Assembly: GCA_016931695.1 (NCBI GenBank) | Contig: JAFGEI010000022.1 | Span: 397-64,396 of the forward strand | Length of the DNA: 64,000 nt | Direction of reading: 5' to 3' | Origin: Anaerolineae bacterium | GTDB lineage: Bacteria; Chloroflexota; Anaerolineae; B4-G1; DUEL01 | Part shown: positions 10,301 through 20,400 of the stretch, in pieces | Position numbering within the stretch: the stretch's first letter is position 1 | How the letters are laid out: each line of letters opens with the position of its first letter | Position numbers and translations under genes: made by a program | The notes under the pieces: generated by a model | Seen by the model: only the letters and a program-made list of their open reading frames with translations | What the model was told of the DNA's origin: nothing | Databases searched by the model: none

Positions 10301-11064
10301 GCCTCCTCCTGCCCGGCGATGCGCTGCTGCTTGATGCGCCGCAGGTCGTCGACCAGGCGCTCGGCAACGCCGGGGGCAAAGGGACAACCGGCGTTCGCGG
10401 CCGGCCGGGTCACCGCCTCCAACGCCTCTTCGACGCCCAGCCGGTCCATCCAGAAACGGGCCCGCAAGCGGTTGGGCAGCTCGGCGGCGTAGGGCTCGAG
10501 CTCGGCCACGTAATCCTCGCGGATGGTCAAGACCACGCCCAGCCGGGGCTGGGCGTCCAGCGCCGCGGCGAGCTGCTGGAAAAAGCCCCGCGCCTCCTGC
10601 CAGCGGTCGCGATGGGCGGTGAACAGCTCTTCGAATTGGTCGACGATCAGCAGCGGCGCCCGCGCGCCCCACAAGAGGTCCTCCGTTTCGTCGGCGGTAT
10701 GGGCCGCCACGGCCGCGCTCAGCGTCTGGCCGAGCAGGGCCGCGGGGTCCGCCGCCTCCCCGGCCAGGCCGACGAGGGCGCTCAAGACAAAGACGTTCTC
10801 GACCGCCGCGGGCTCGACGCCGTAGGGAATCGCCTGCCCCACCCGCACCACCGGCAGGACGTCAAAGCCCTCCTCCTCCAGAGCGGGAATCACCACCGCG
10901 TTCAGGAGCGAGGTCTTGCCCGCCCCCGACTTGGCGTAAAAGAGCACCACCCGCTCGGCGAGGATGAGCGAGACCAGATCGCGCCCTTCCCGGCTGCGAC
11001 CAAAAAAGTTATGGCGGTCCGCCCGCTCGTAGGGCCGGGGTCCGACGTAGGGATTATCTTTCAT
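7372..11064 (-). CDS. nSTAND-type P-loop NTPase, TM helix, WD40 repeat protein (paralog 1)
   Basis: NPYVGPRPY..FFGR, Walker A YAKSGAGKTS, Walker B LIVDQFEELF, YELAHDRL; hydrophobic helix GLPLGLLLVLFLAW; many GH..AFSPDG..WD repeats. Confidence 0.9.
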   Translation of the reverse strand: MKDNPYVGPRPYERADRHNFFGRSREGRDLVSLILAERVVLFYAKSGAGKTSLLNAVVIPALEEEGFDVLPVVRVGQAIPYGVEPAAVENVFVLSALVGLAGEAADPAALLGQTLSAAVAAHTADETEDLLWGARAPLLIVDQFEELFTAHRDRWQEARGFFQQLAAALDAQPRLGVVLTIREDYVAELEPYAAELPNRLRARFWMDRLGVEEALEAVTRPAANAGCPFAPGVAERLVDDLRRIKQQRIAGQEEAGDALLGPVVEPVQLQVVCSRLWAGMPEQDDYTITWQEVAQYGDVDRALADFYERGLAAARDEVQAEERELRAWFSEQLITPLGTRGLVVREADETAGLSNQAVDVLEGRLLLHSELRAGARWYELAHDRLIDPVLASNRAWEAARETPLRKAARQWKETGDRSLLYRDRALVQARAWARERPGEVEPYEREFLQASRRGQRLRVALRVGLPLGLLLVLFLAWTAARGALAAYSRQMAAQALYLWPIDQLQSVQAAREGVVLADASELLRFVRPLLGRVDTSQAEIVLGQTMADFYLSHVLDQPHDQVNSIVYSADGRYLYAAIHAAEVEGEMRGILVWDVTAGGEPRNIGGPRAAYDLALSPDGRFLAVGGNDSDGRGQVGIWDVERGEWRQWIQAVTPEGIYDEVYAVAFSPDGRYLATGGDYGGESRNLNSGTDGGMVRLWAVSTASDGILQVDASALDFADPTGRVQDIAFGPDGRYLAAASDDGLVRIWDVGTANGLRGTPPPPTTLGGHTAAVGAVAFSPDGAWLASGSADHTIRVWDTARWEGIMTLVGHTEAVTSLAFETAGTRLVSGSRDRTVRIWDIAARNPNPVTTLTGPASLVHAVAFSPDGSSIAAGSGDNRVRIWNLDFPYKAGVFSMLSGHTARVRGIAFSPDSACLASGDNDGWAHVWSVESGQIVQSLSRLDRQVWAVAYSPDGQYMVTCSDAIARVWNAADGTRVQELIGHESNVQAAAFHPDGRFLVTGSGDQTALVWETESWQSVAVLSRGGWPGPVYDVDFSPDGRLVALAHGLHNRDSAVRLWELVAQPDGRLEATLAMTLTGHTNMIFGVDFSPNNDYLASASWDGTVAIWDLDSGERVSRLEHPGYVYDVAFSPDGRYLATGARDGGLRIWDVSALPRRSPRLVTAISSHTDLIWSVAYSPDGRYLASGSWDGTLRRYRVQFDRETIDSIWSLVAPAIEGQTPELGEPNPSP

Positions 11065-11070
11065 CTTCCC

Positions 11071-14000
11071 TCACTCCCCCGCTGACGACAGGCCAGGGCA
11101 GATCTCGACCTCGTCGCCAATGAACAGATATTGTTCCTCCAACGTCAGGCCGCGTTGCAAGCGGGCGCATACTGCCTGGATGATCTCTTCGGCACGCCAG
11201 AGCCAGAAATAGAGCCCTTCGTACTGGCTGGCAGGATAGTCGCTGTACGTGACGAGCCACGGGGTATCGGGGACGAACGCCGCCGCCGTCACCCCGCCCG
11301 CCGCAGGGATAGCGGAGCCGGGAAACGGGAGTTGCAGCAGCTCTCCGCCCGAGGTGACGTTCCACATCCGGATCAGCGGGCAGCCCGACAGGCCGCGCGG
11401 ATCGCCGACGGGCGGGGTGTCGTAGGTCATCATCCACTCCGACTGCCCGGCAAAGCCGGCGATGGCAACGCCAGCCAGTTCGGTCTGGTGAACGCGGGCA
11501 ACTTCCTGCCAAAACTCGGTATCGACCAGGACCACCTCGCCCCCCGCAAGCATGACGATCCGCTGTCCATCCGGGCTGAAGGCGACATCGTCGATGAACT
11601 CGATGTACCCGTACTGCCGCAAGTTCTCGCCCGTCGCCAGGTCCCACAGCCCAATGGCGGTCGGCATGGATTGTTCGACAAGGTCGTAGCTGGCGATCAA
11701 CAACTGCTGGCTGTCGGGGCTAAAGGCCATCGCGCCGATATCGCTCAAGTAGCCGCTCAAAGCAATTTCCTCCCCGCTGACGACCTCCCATACCCCCACC
11801 GTGCCATCCCCCGCTGCAGCGGCGACCCAACGGTCATCGGGACTAAAGACAATCACCGCGGCGGTGGCCCCTGTCTCTCCCTCCTGCGTCGCCTGCTGCG
11901 TCCCCTGTTGCCCGACGGGCAGCAGCATTTGCAATTGCGCGCTCGCCACCTCCCAGACCTCGATCGTGCCATCCTCGCCGACGACGGCAACCCATTGTCC
12001 ACCGGGGCTGAAAACCACCCCGGCCACCAGCCCCTGCGACCCAACAGCGTGCATTTCCTCCCCACTGGACAGCTCCCATATCCGCACGGTGCCGGCCTCG
12101 CCGAGCACGGCCACCCACTGCCCATCCGGATCAAAGACCACGTCCGCGACGGGTTCGTGCTGCTCCAACGAGAGCGTCTCTCGCCCGCTCGCCAGGTCCC
12201 AGACGCGGACCGTTTGCCCCTCGATCCCGGCGACCCACTGCCCCCCTTCGTGGAGGTAGAACTCGCCGGTCATACCGGCGAGGGGATGCTCGCTCACCTG
12301 GTGCAGCTTGCCGCTGTCCCACTCCCAGACCGTCACGCTCCGCCCGGCAGCGACGGCGAGCAGATTTCCCTCGGCATCCATCGCGGCGACCTCTCCCTCC
12401 AGGCGGGCGATCTCTTCCCACTGCCCGTCATCCAGCCAAATCCGCGTCATGCTGTCGCCAGCGAACAGCAGCCAGGAACTGTCGCTGCTGCCGGCAAACT
12501 GGGGAACCAGTTCGCCTATCGCCCCCCACAGCATAAAAGGCTGGGGGTCGTCTTGCCAGTTCCAGGCGTAGGCATCGAAAGATGGGTCGCGGTAATCGTC
12601 GTTGGCATACCAGGCGACCTGCCCGCCGTTGGAACTCATCACCAGGCCAAAGGGGCGGCCCGTCCCCCACTCGGCCAGCTGCTGATCCTCCCGCCAGTCC
12701 CACACGGCCACACCGCCCCCACCCTCACTGGCGGTGGCGACGTACTGCCCGTCGGGACTGAAAATGACCTCCGTCACCGGCAGCCGGGAGGCCTCGCCGG
12801 TCAACTGGGTCACCTGTTGGCTGGTGCCGACGTCCCATATCCGCACCGTTCCATCACTGCCCGCCGTCACCAGCTGCTGCCCGCTGGCAGAGAAGGAGAG
12901 ATCGACGACGGCGCCCGAGTGTCCCCGCAGCAGCGCCAGCGGGTCGGCCGTTGCCGTCTCCCACACCTGGACCAGGCCGCTGCTATCGACCGTGGCCAAC
13001 TGTTGGAAATCAGCGCTGAACGCCAGTTGCGTGTAATCCGTCGCCACAGTCGTCTCCTGGCCGGTGGTGACGTCCCAGACGCGAATGCGGCCCGGGCCAT
13101 CGGCAATCGCCAGCCAGCGGCCATCGTCGCTGGCAGACAAAAGCTGCCCTGCCTCTTCTGCGACCGATTCGCCCGAACTGACGTCCCAGATCTGCAGGCC
13201 GCTCTCGCCCGCCGTCACCAGCCAATCTCTCTCGGAGACAAAGACGAGGTCTGTGACCTCTTCCGGGTGTTCCACCTGGACCACGATCGGGCCGGTGAAA
13301 TCTAGCATGTTTTGGAGGACGCCGTTGGCCTTGACCGAGGGGTAGCGGTTCAGCGACTCGATAGCCAGAAACTCGCCGACCAGCCAGGATTGGGCCGCGG
13401 TATCGTAGAAATCCTCGGCAATGGTGGCAAGATATTGGGCAAACGAGCGATCGAGCTCGAGCTGGCGCTGGGCCACCAGTGCCTCATAGGCAGCAACTGC
13501 CGTGGCCTGGGCAGCCAGGGCGGCTTCTCTTTGCTCCATGGCCAGGTTGCGCTGAACATCGGCGTCCGCCTGAGCGGTAAGAGCGAGGCTGCGCTGCAGG
13601 TCTGCATCGGCATAGGCGGTCAGGGCGACGTCGCGCTGCTCCTCCGCCGCCATCTGGCCCCGCAAGGCGGCGATGGTCAAGACGGCCATGACCAACCCGC
13701 CGACCAGCAAGGCAATGGAAACCGCTCGCCGCAAGCGCCGCCCACGGGCGGCGCGCAGTTCCTGGGCCTGCTGGCTGGCTGCCAGAAAGGCCGTTTCGTA
13801 AGACGCCACCTGGCCGGGGTGAGCCTGGGACCACTCCAGGGCCTCTTGTAGTGCCTGATCGCGGTAGAGCAGCGAATCGTCGCCGACCTCTTGCCAGCGG
13901 CGGGCAGCCATCCGCAGCGGCGTTTCCTGGGCCGCCTCCCAGGCCTCGTTGGAGGCCAGCACCGGGTCCACCAGCCGGTCGTGGGAGAGCTCGTACCAGC

Positions 14001-15117
14001 GCGCTCCGGCCCGCGCCTCGGCGCGGATCAGCCGCTGCTTTTCCAGGACGTCGACCGCCGCGTTGGGCAGCCCGGCCGTCTCGACCTCGCCGCGGACGGC
14101 CAGGCCCTTGGTTCCCATCGGCGTGATCATCTGCTGGGAAAACCAGCGGCGCAGCGCTCGCTCGCCCACCTGGGTCTCTTGCACTGTCTCGGCCAGCGCA
14201 CTTTCGTAAAAGTTGCTCAGCGCCTGGTCGACGTCGCCATATTTCTGCACGTCATCCCACTGGATGACGCCTTTTCCTTCCGACAAGCCTTCCCACAAGC
14301 GGCTGCAGACCACCTGCAGCTGCACCGGTTCCACGTACGGCCCCAGCACCTCCGCCTCTTCCTGCTCGCTCTGTTTCTGCACCTTGATCCGCCGCAGGTC
14401 GTCGACCAGCCACTCGGCAACCTCGGGGGCAAAGGGATAGCCCTCGTTCGCGGCCGGTTTCTCCACCGCCTCCAGCGCCCCCTCGGCGCCCAGGCGTTCC
14501 ATGCGAAAGCGCGCCTTGAGGCGCCGGGGAAAGAGCGCGGCGTAGGCATCCAGCTCGGCCACATAATCCTCGCGCATGGCAAAGACCACGCCCAGTTGGG
14601 GGTATTTGTCCAGCGCCTCGGCCACCTGTTCAAAGAACTCGCGCCGCTCCTGCCACCGCTCCCGGTGGGCGGTAAAGAGTTCTTCGAACTGGTCAAAGAC
14701 CACCAGCGTCGAGCGGGTTCCCAGGAAAGGGTCCGCTTTCTCTGCGCGACAGTGCGTCACCAGGAACGAGGAAACGGTTCGAGAGAGCAGCGTCTCCGGC
14801 GGCATATCCCCTTGGGCCAATCCCATCAAGGCGCTAAAGACAAAGACGTTGCGGACCATGCCGGGACCGATCCAGGACGGGATTTCGCTGCCCACCCGCG
14901 CCAGGGGCAGGACGGCAAAGCCCTCTTCTTCCAGCGCGGGGATGACGGCGGCGTTCAAGAGCGACGTCTTGCCCGCGCCCGACTGGGCGTAAAAGAGCAC
15001 CACCCGCTCGGCCAGGATTAACGACTGCAGGTCCCGCGCCTCGCGGTTGCGGCCGAAAAAGTTGTGGCGGTCCGCCCGCTCATAGGGCCGGGGTCCGACG
15101 TAGGGATTATCTTTCAC
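11071..15117 (-). CDS. nSTAND-type NTPase, TM helix, coiled coil, WD40 repeat protein (paralog 2)
   Basis: Start moved to GTG 15117, which overlaps the CHAT-SIR2 stop and aligns with paralog 1 (KDNPYVGPRPY). YAQSGAGKTS, VVFDQFEELF; TM AVSIALLVGGLVMAVLTIA; WD40 repeats. Confidence 0.9.
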   Translation of the reverse strand: MKDNPYVGPRPYERADRHNFFGRNREARDLQSLILAERVVLFYAQSGAGKTSLLNAAVIPALEEEGFAVLPLARVGSEIPSWIGPGMVRNVFVFSALMGLAQGDMPPETLLSRTVSSFLVTHCRAEKADPFLGTRSTLVVFDQFEELFTAHRERWQERREFFEQVAEALDKYPQLGVVFAMREDYVAELDAYAALFPRRLKARFRMERLGAEGALEAVEKPAANEGYPFAPEVAEWLVDDLRRIKVQKQSEQEEAEVLGPYVEPVQLQVVCSRLWEGLSEGKGVIQWDDVQKYGDVDQALSNFYESALAETVQETQVGERALRRWFSQQMITPMGTKGLAVRGEVETAGLPNAAVDVLEKQRLIRAEARAGARWYELSHDRLVDPVLASNEAWEAAQETPLRMAARRWQEVGDDSLLYRDQALQEALEWSQAHPGQVASYETAFLAASQQAQELRAARGRRLRRAVSIALLVGGLVMAVLTIAALRGQMAAEEQRDVALTAYADADLQRSLALTAQADADVQRNLAMEQREAALAAQATAVAAYEALVAQRQLELDRSFAQYLATIAEDFYDTAAQSWLVGEFLAIESLNRYPSVKANGVLQNMLDFTGPIVVQVEHPEEVTDLVFVSERDWLVTAGESGLQIWDVSSGESVAEEAGQLLSASDDGRWLAIADGPGRIRVWDVTTGQETTVATDYTQLAFSADFQQLATVDSSGLVQVWETATADPLALLRGHSGAVVDLSFSASGQQLVTAGSDGTVRIWDVGTSQQVTQLTGEASRLPVTEVIFSPDGQYVATASEGGGGVAVWDWREDQQLAEWGTGRPFGLVMSSNGGQVAWYANDDYRDPSFDAYAWNWQDDPQPFMLWGAIGELVPQFAGSSDSSWLLFAGDSMTRIWLDDGQWEEIARLEGEVAAMDAEGNLLAVAAGRSVTVWEWDSGKLHQVSEHPLAGMTGEFYLHEGGQWVAGIEGQTVRVWDLASGRETLSLEQHEPVADVVFDPDGQWVAVLGEAGTVRIWELSSGEEMHAVGSQGLVAGVVFSPGGQWVAVVGEDGTIEVWEVASAQLQMLLPVGQQGTQQATQEGETGATAAVIVFSPDDRWVAAAAGDGTVGVWEVVSGEEIALSGYLSDIGAMAFSPDSQQLLIASYDLVEQSMPTAIGLWDLATGENLRQYGYIEFIDDVAFSPDGQRIVMLAGGEVVLVDTEFWQEVARVHQTELAGVAIAGFAGQSEWMMTYDTPPVGDPRGLSGCPLIRMWNVTSGGELLQLPFPGSAIPAAGGVTAAAFVPDTPWLVTYSDYPASQYEGLYFWLWRAEEIIQAVCARLQRGLTLEEQYLFIGDEVEICPGLSSAGE

Positions 15118-17138
15118 TTTCCCTCCCATTCTGCTCGCAACTCGGCCATAAACTGCTGCGTGCTGCCCCAAAAGACATTGATCTCGGCATCCTGAAAATA
15201 CTGCTGCAAAAAGCTCTGCACGGCAGCAGTGTCGGCCCGGCCTGCCTCGTCGAACTCGAGTTGCACGGCAACGTGCTTGAAGCGCCGCCGCTGGTCAGCC
15301 GACGCCACCAGGCCGCGCAGGATGACGCGAAACTCCCAGTCGTGCAGGCTGTAGCCGACAAAGAGCAGCGAACTGCTGGCAATCGCGCCGCGGATGAAAT
15401 GGGGCACCCGCTCCATCTCGGCCGAGACGCGCACCAAAAAGTCGAGATAGTCGTCCTCAGATAGCACCAGCGAATCGACCGCCTCGTCGCTGCCAAAGAG
15501 ATGATAGACCAGCGGCGCCTCGGGCGTGGGCACATAGTTGGGATCGTCCTCAAAGAGCGAAGGCAACCCGTCCAGCAGCCGGTTCCAGCGGCAGACCTCG
15601 CGCGCCGGTTCTTTCCCAGCCGCCGCCAGCGCCTCGAACATCAGGCTGTCAAAGTTAGTGGTCAGGTAGAGCGGGAGGTCCAGGCTCGCCAGCACGCGGT
15701 GGGCCTCGTTGGGGTCGTCGGCGACGAGGTTCGACCAACCGACCGCCCGCAGCAGTTGCGTCGCCGTCTCACAGTCGGCCTCGGGCCGCAGTTCCTCCGG
15801 CAGGCGCGCGTGGAGATAGCACCTGAGCGCGTCCACCGCCTCCCAGCGGGGGAAATCCTTGCCCTGGTTGCTGGCCAGGTACTGGGCGACGCGGGGCAGC
15901 TCGTGCGCGTCCTCAAAAGGGTACCCGTGCAGTTCAGACCAGCTGAGGGCGATTTCCCTGGGAGTTGGCAGCCAGCGTCCGTGGACCCGCGGGCCGATGA
16001 TGGGCGTGCACTTTTTCTGCTCGATCATGCGCACCAGGCCGGACCAAAAGACGCGCGGGTTCTTGCTGCCGAGGACCTGGCCGCGGGCGTCGGCCTCTGC
16101 ACCCCACAGCTGGCCGGAGCGGAGGCGCATAAAGAGCACCGGCACGGCGGCGGCAGGGCGGCCGGCGGTGAGCAGGGTGGCGCGCGCCTCGTTGGCCGCC
16201 TTGTCGACCCGGCCGTGCGCCAGCAGGCGCTGGTAAAAGACCGTGCTGAAGGTGCGGGCGGTCTCGACGGGGACAAAATCCTGCATCGCAATAACCGCCG
16301 GGACGCCGACCGAGACCAGCTTGGGAGCCAGGCCGCGGAAGGCATCCCCGGTATCGCGGCTCGCGCTCTGGCAGGCGGCGAGAAAGACGAGCCGGGGGTG
16401 GACGTCCTGCCGCGCCAGCATGCAGGCGATCTCGTCGTCGGGGACGATCGCCGCGTTGCCCGCGCCGTCCTGCAGGTAGAGCACCGCCTGCCCCCGCCGC
16501 TGGCTGAACGCGCCGTGGCCCAGGTAGTGCAGGACGTGGGCGCCCTGCCGCAGCGCCGCCTCCAACCGCTCCAGCGTCACCGGCGGCTCGAGAACGGTCA
16601 GTGACAGCTCGCCGGGGTCGATCTCGCCCAGCGCCGCCGCCAGCGCCGCCCGCTCCACGGCGACGTCGAACGGCTCCAGGTTATAGTTCGCCAGGTCGCC
16701 GGGGTTCGAGATCGCCGCCAACACCCGGATCGGCCGCTCGTCCACTGCGCCGCCCCAGGGCAGAGCGACGGGCAGGTAGCGGGAGAAAGGCGTGTGGGCG
16801 TGGGCGGCGAGCATTACCGTTTCCTCGTGCAGCAGCTCCCAGGGCAGGCCGTGCAGCTCGGCGGCGCCGAGGTCGATGCGCAGGCGGATGGCACGCTGAG
16901 GCGCCGCGCCGCGGATCTCGGCCCACGCTTGCTGCAGGACCGGGTCGGCCAGCAGGCGCTCGATCAGCTGCTGCCCGTCCGCGACGGGGTTGCCGCTGGC
17001 AGCCCAGGAGGCGACGGCGGGATCAAGGTGGCCGCGAGGAAAGGCCCGCTCGCCAGCCAGGGTAAATTCGACCGGGTAACCCTCGCCGCGCAGGGGAAAA
17101 ATGCGCACCTCTAAATCCATCAGGAATTCATCGCTCAT
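15114..17138 (-). CDS. CHAT protease domain + SIR2-like domain fusion
   Basis: CHAT: LPWELL, VLHYLGHG, LVFLAACQS, AVIAMQ. SIR2-like: TPIIGP, YLTTNFD, YHLFGS, LVLSEDDY, LLFVGYSLHDWEFR. Confidence 0.85.
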   Translation of the reverse strand: MSDEFLMDLEVRIFPLRGEGYPVEFTLAGERAFPRGHLDPAVASWAASGNPVADGQQLIERLLADPVLQQAWAEIRGAAPQRAIRLRIDLGAAELHGLPWELLHEETVMLAAHAHTPFSRYLPVALPWGGAVDERPIRVLAAISNPGDLANYNLEPFDVAVERAALAAALGEIDPGELSLTVLEPPVTLERLEAALRQGAHVLHYLGHGAFSQRRGQAVLYLQDGAGNAAIVPDDEIACMLARQDVHPRLVFLAACQSASRDTGDAFRGLAPKLVSVGVPAVIAMQDFVPVETARTFSTVFYQRLLAHGRVDKAANEARATLLTAGRPAAAVPVLFMRLRSGQLWGAEADARGQVLGSKNPRVFWSGLVRMIEQKKCTPIIGPRVHGRWLPTPREIALSWSELHGYPFEDAHELPRVAQYLASNQGKDFPRWEAVDALRCYLHARLPEELRPEADCETATQLLRAVGWSNLVADDPNEAHRVLASLDLPLYLTTNFDSLMFEALAAAGKEPAREVCRWNRLLDGLPSLFEDDPNYVPTPEAPLVYHLFGSDEAVDSLVLSEDDYLDFLVRVSAEMERVPHFIRGAIASSSLLFVGYSLHDWEFRVILRGLVASADQRRRFKHVAVQLEFDEAGRADTAAVQSFLQQYFQDAEINVFWGSTQQFMAELRAEWEGK

Positions 17139-17265
17139 CTTTTGCTCCTCTCCTCGTTCTGTATGCTGTGAGAAAAGTGCCGGGCAGCAACCTGAGTAAC
17201 TTGAAAGGTCCCATTTGCGGCTATCCGACCGTCAAGGTCTGGAAAACAGCTTTTTTTCGTAACTC

Positions 17266-17411
17266 GACAATGGCACATTTCAACATTGGATGCTCTACCG
17301 CAGTGGGAGAAGGGGAAAAGGGGGTTTCGCAGGCGGCTTCGCCGCCTGCGAAACCCCCTTTTCCCCCTTCCCCGTGCTTGGCAGAGCAATCTAATGAAAT
17401 GTGCCATTGTC
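17266..17411. repeat. MITE/REP-like long palindromic element
   Basis: Perfect 17-bp terminal IR gacaatggcacatttca / tgaaatgtgccattgtc; perfect 26-bp central stem 17312-17337 / 17341-17366 with TTC loop. Confidence 0.8.
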
Positions 17412-17445
17412 AAAGTAACCACTGTAACTGCCCCAGAATCTGGTC

Positions 17446-20400
17446 TCAATGGGATGATTCTTCCGGCACTGCAAGTTCGGGACAGGTGGGATGGTATGGC
17501 TCATCTCCAAGGTACCGGCTCCATTCTTCGCGGGTCAGGTTGCGATACAGATTTGCGCAAACCTGCGCGACCAAATCTTGGGGTTGCCACCACCAGATCC
17601 AGGCTGTGTCGTAGCTGATGCTTGCAATCCACTGGTCGTTCTGGCTGAAGGCGACATTGTCCGGGTATCCCAACACGTGTTCGATGCGAGTGACCTCCCT
17701 GCCAGAATCAACCTCCCAGACTCGCACTGTACCGTCGTAACTGGAGGAAACCAGCCACTGGCCGTCGGAACTGAAAGCCATGGCCAGCACCTGGCCATCG
17801 TGCTCCAAACGCCTGATCTCCCGCGCAGTGATTGTATCCCATATCCATATCGTGCCGGCCTCATATCCTGCCGCCACGTGCTGGCCATCTCTGCTCAACG
17901 CTACGGCTGTCAAAGGAGATGGCAAGGCAAGTTGATCCACTTTTTGCCCTGTCTCAATGTCCCAAGAGATGACTGTACCGTTATGGCTTGCCGATACAAC
18001 CCTTTCTCCATCGGACGCAAAGGCTACCGCGTTCACCTCCCAGCCGTGATCCATCCGGGCAATCTCGCGTGCAGCCGCCACCTCCCACACCAGCACGATG
18101 CCGTCGCCCCCGCCGGACACCCCCCATTCCTCATTGGGGCTGAAGGCCACGCTGTTTGCCTGCCACCCGTGTTCAATCCAGCCCACCATCCGTCTGCCAG
18201 ATGTCTCCCATACTTGAACCGTCCCGTCGCGGTTTCCAACGATCAGCCATTGCCCGTTGGGGCTGTAGGTCACAACCTCGACCTGGCTCGCCGAGCACGT
18301 GACCTGCTCTCCCACGACTTGGATGTCATCAGTTCTCGCCAGGTCCCACCACCACAGGGAACCATCGTCGCCTCCCGTGACTGCCGATTGGTTGTCTGGG
18401 TGGATCGCCAGGCTGTTTAGTCGACCCTGGTGCATCATCCGGGCTACCTCTCGCCCCTCGACCCTTCTTTCGTCCAGCATCATCGAGATGTTCCACACCC
18501 GAATCGTGGCATCCCGCCCCCCTGAGACGACCCACTGGTCATCGTGGGCAAAGGCAACAGCGGCGATCTCGCCTTCCTGTTCTATGCGGGCGACCTCCTC
18601 CCCGGTCTCCAGATCCCAAACCCGCGCCGTGCCGTCGTTGCTCGCCGTGAGGAGCCACTGACCATCGGCGCTGAGCACGGCGTCGACCACCGTGGCTTGA
18701 TGCCCGCGCAGCACGACGACCTCACGCCACGTCTCCACCTCCCATATCCTTGCTTTGAAATCATCGCTGCCAGAGATGAGCCACCGGCCGTCAGGGCTAA
18801 AAGCCAGGTAAAACACACGCCCGTTATGGAGCAAGCGGGCGACCTCTTCCCCTGTAGCGACTGACCAGACCCTGGCCGTGTTATCGTCGCTCCCCGAGAC
18901 GATCCAGCGGCCATCTGGACTAAAGACCACGTCCCGCACCCTGGCGTCGTGGGCGACCTGAAGGACCTCTTTTCCAGTGGCCGTTTCCCAGACCACGGCG
19001 GTGCCATCCTCGCTTCCCGATGCCACCCAGCGACTATTGGGACTGAATGCCACGGCCAACACGCCAACCTGATCGTGACCTGGGGGGGGCAGTTCGGTAC
19101 TGAACCCATGCTCCAGGCGGGCCACTTCCTCCCCGGCGACAATGTTCCATATCCGTACCTGGCCAGAAATGCCGATTGTCCGCTCTGTATTCCCGCGAAC
19201 GAGCTGGCCACCTCCCCAGGCCACAAATTCTCCATTGGGGCTAAAGGCAGCGTCATTTATCGAGTTTGCATCTGCCACCTGCACAATCGCTGTTCCAGTG
19301 TCTGGAGACCACACGATCGCGCCGCCAGAGCTCTCGGTCACCTCGCCGGCGCTATCCCAGGCGAGTTCACCGCTGCCCGACAGCACCCATTCCCCACCGG
19401 GACTGAGCGCCACGACATTGATCGGCTCCTCGTGCTGCACTCGGACTCGCTCTCGGCCTGTGTCCACCTCCCAAATCCTCGCCGTGCCTCCCTCGTCACC
19501 CGAAACGCCCCACGTACCGTCAGGGCTGAGAACCATCGTGTTCACATCGCTCCCAAGTTCTACGAGCACCAACGGTTGGGCGAGCCCGTCGAGCAGCCTT
19601 TGCAAGGTGATGCTGGCTTCCAGATTTGGCTCCCGTTGTATCGACTCGACAGCCAAAAGACTGGCCAGGGTCCAGGTTCCCCGATTGCGCTCCACCTCTG
19701 CCTGTGCCGCCAACCGAAGAGCTGTAGCGATACGGGTCTGCTGTCGCGCCTCGCCCCAGCCGTAGAAAGCAAATACCGCTGCCACAGCTACAATAGCCAA
19801 ACCAACTCCCAGCCCAGCTATGATCATTCTGCGCAATCGGCGTTTCCTGTTCCGTTCTTGCTCTACCTTCTGGCTCGCGGCCAGGAACTCGGTCTCGTAA
19901 GACTCTGCGATGTCAGGGTTCGCCAGTGCCCAGGCCAGTGCCTCTTCCAGCGCCTTGCCGCGGTAAAGCAGCGATTCGTTCTCTGTTCTTTTCCACTGTT
20001 GTGCAGTCTTGCGCAAAGGCGTTTCCTGCCGCGCCTCCCAGGCCTCATTCGACTCGACGATTGGGTCGATCAATCGATCGTGAGCGAGTTCGTACCACCG
20101 TGCTCCGGCTCGAACTTGTACTCGGATCAGTCGCCGTTGCTCCAGTATATCGACTGCCAGGTTGGACAGTCCTTCCGTTTCCGCCTCTCCGCGCACGACG
20201 AGCCCTTTTGTCTTCATCGGCGTGATCAGTTGCCTGGTGAACCAGCGGCGAAGCTGCCGCTCGTTCACCCCGGCCTGTTGCACGATCTCTGCCAGGGCGC
20301 CCTCGTAAAAGCCGGTCAGCGCCCGGTCGACATCGCCATACTTTTGTACATCCTCCCACAGGATGACATCCTTTTCCTCTGGCAGCCCTTCCCACAACCG

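Noticed and set aside
17135-17618. Short ORFs over the palindromic element
   Set aside because: Products of the palindrome (both strands give similar RRRLRNPLFP peptides); no RBS or family motifs.
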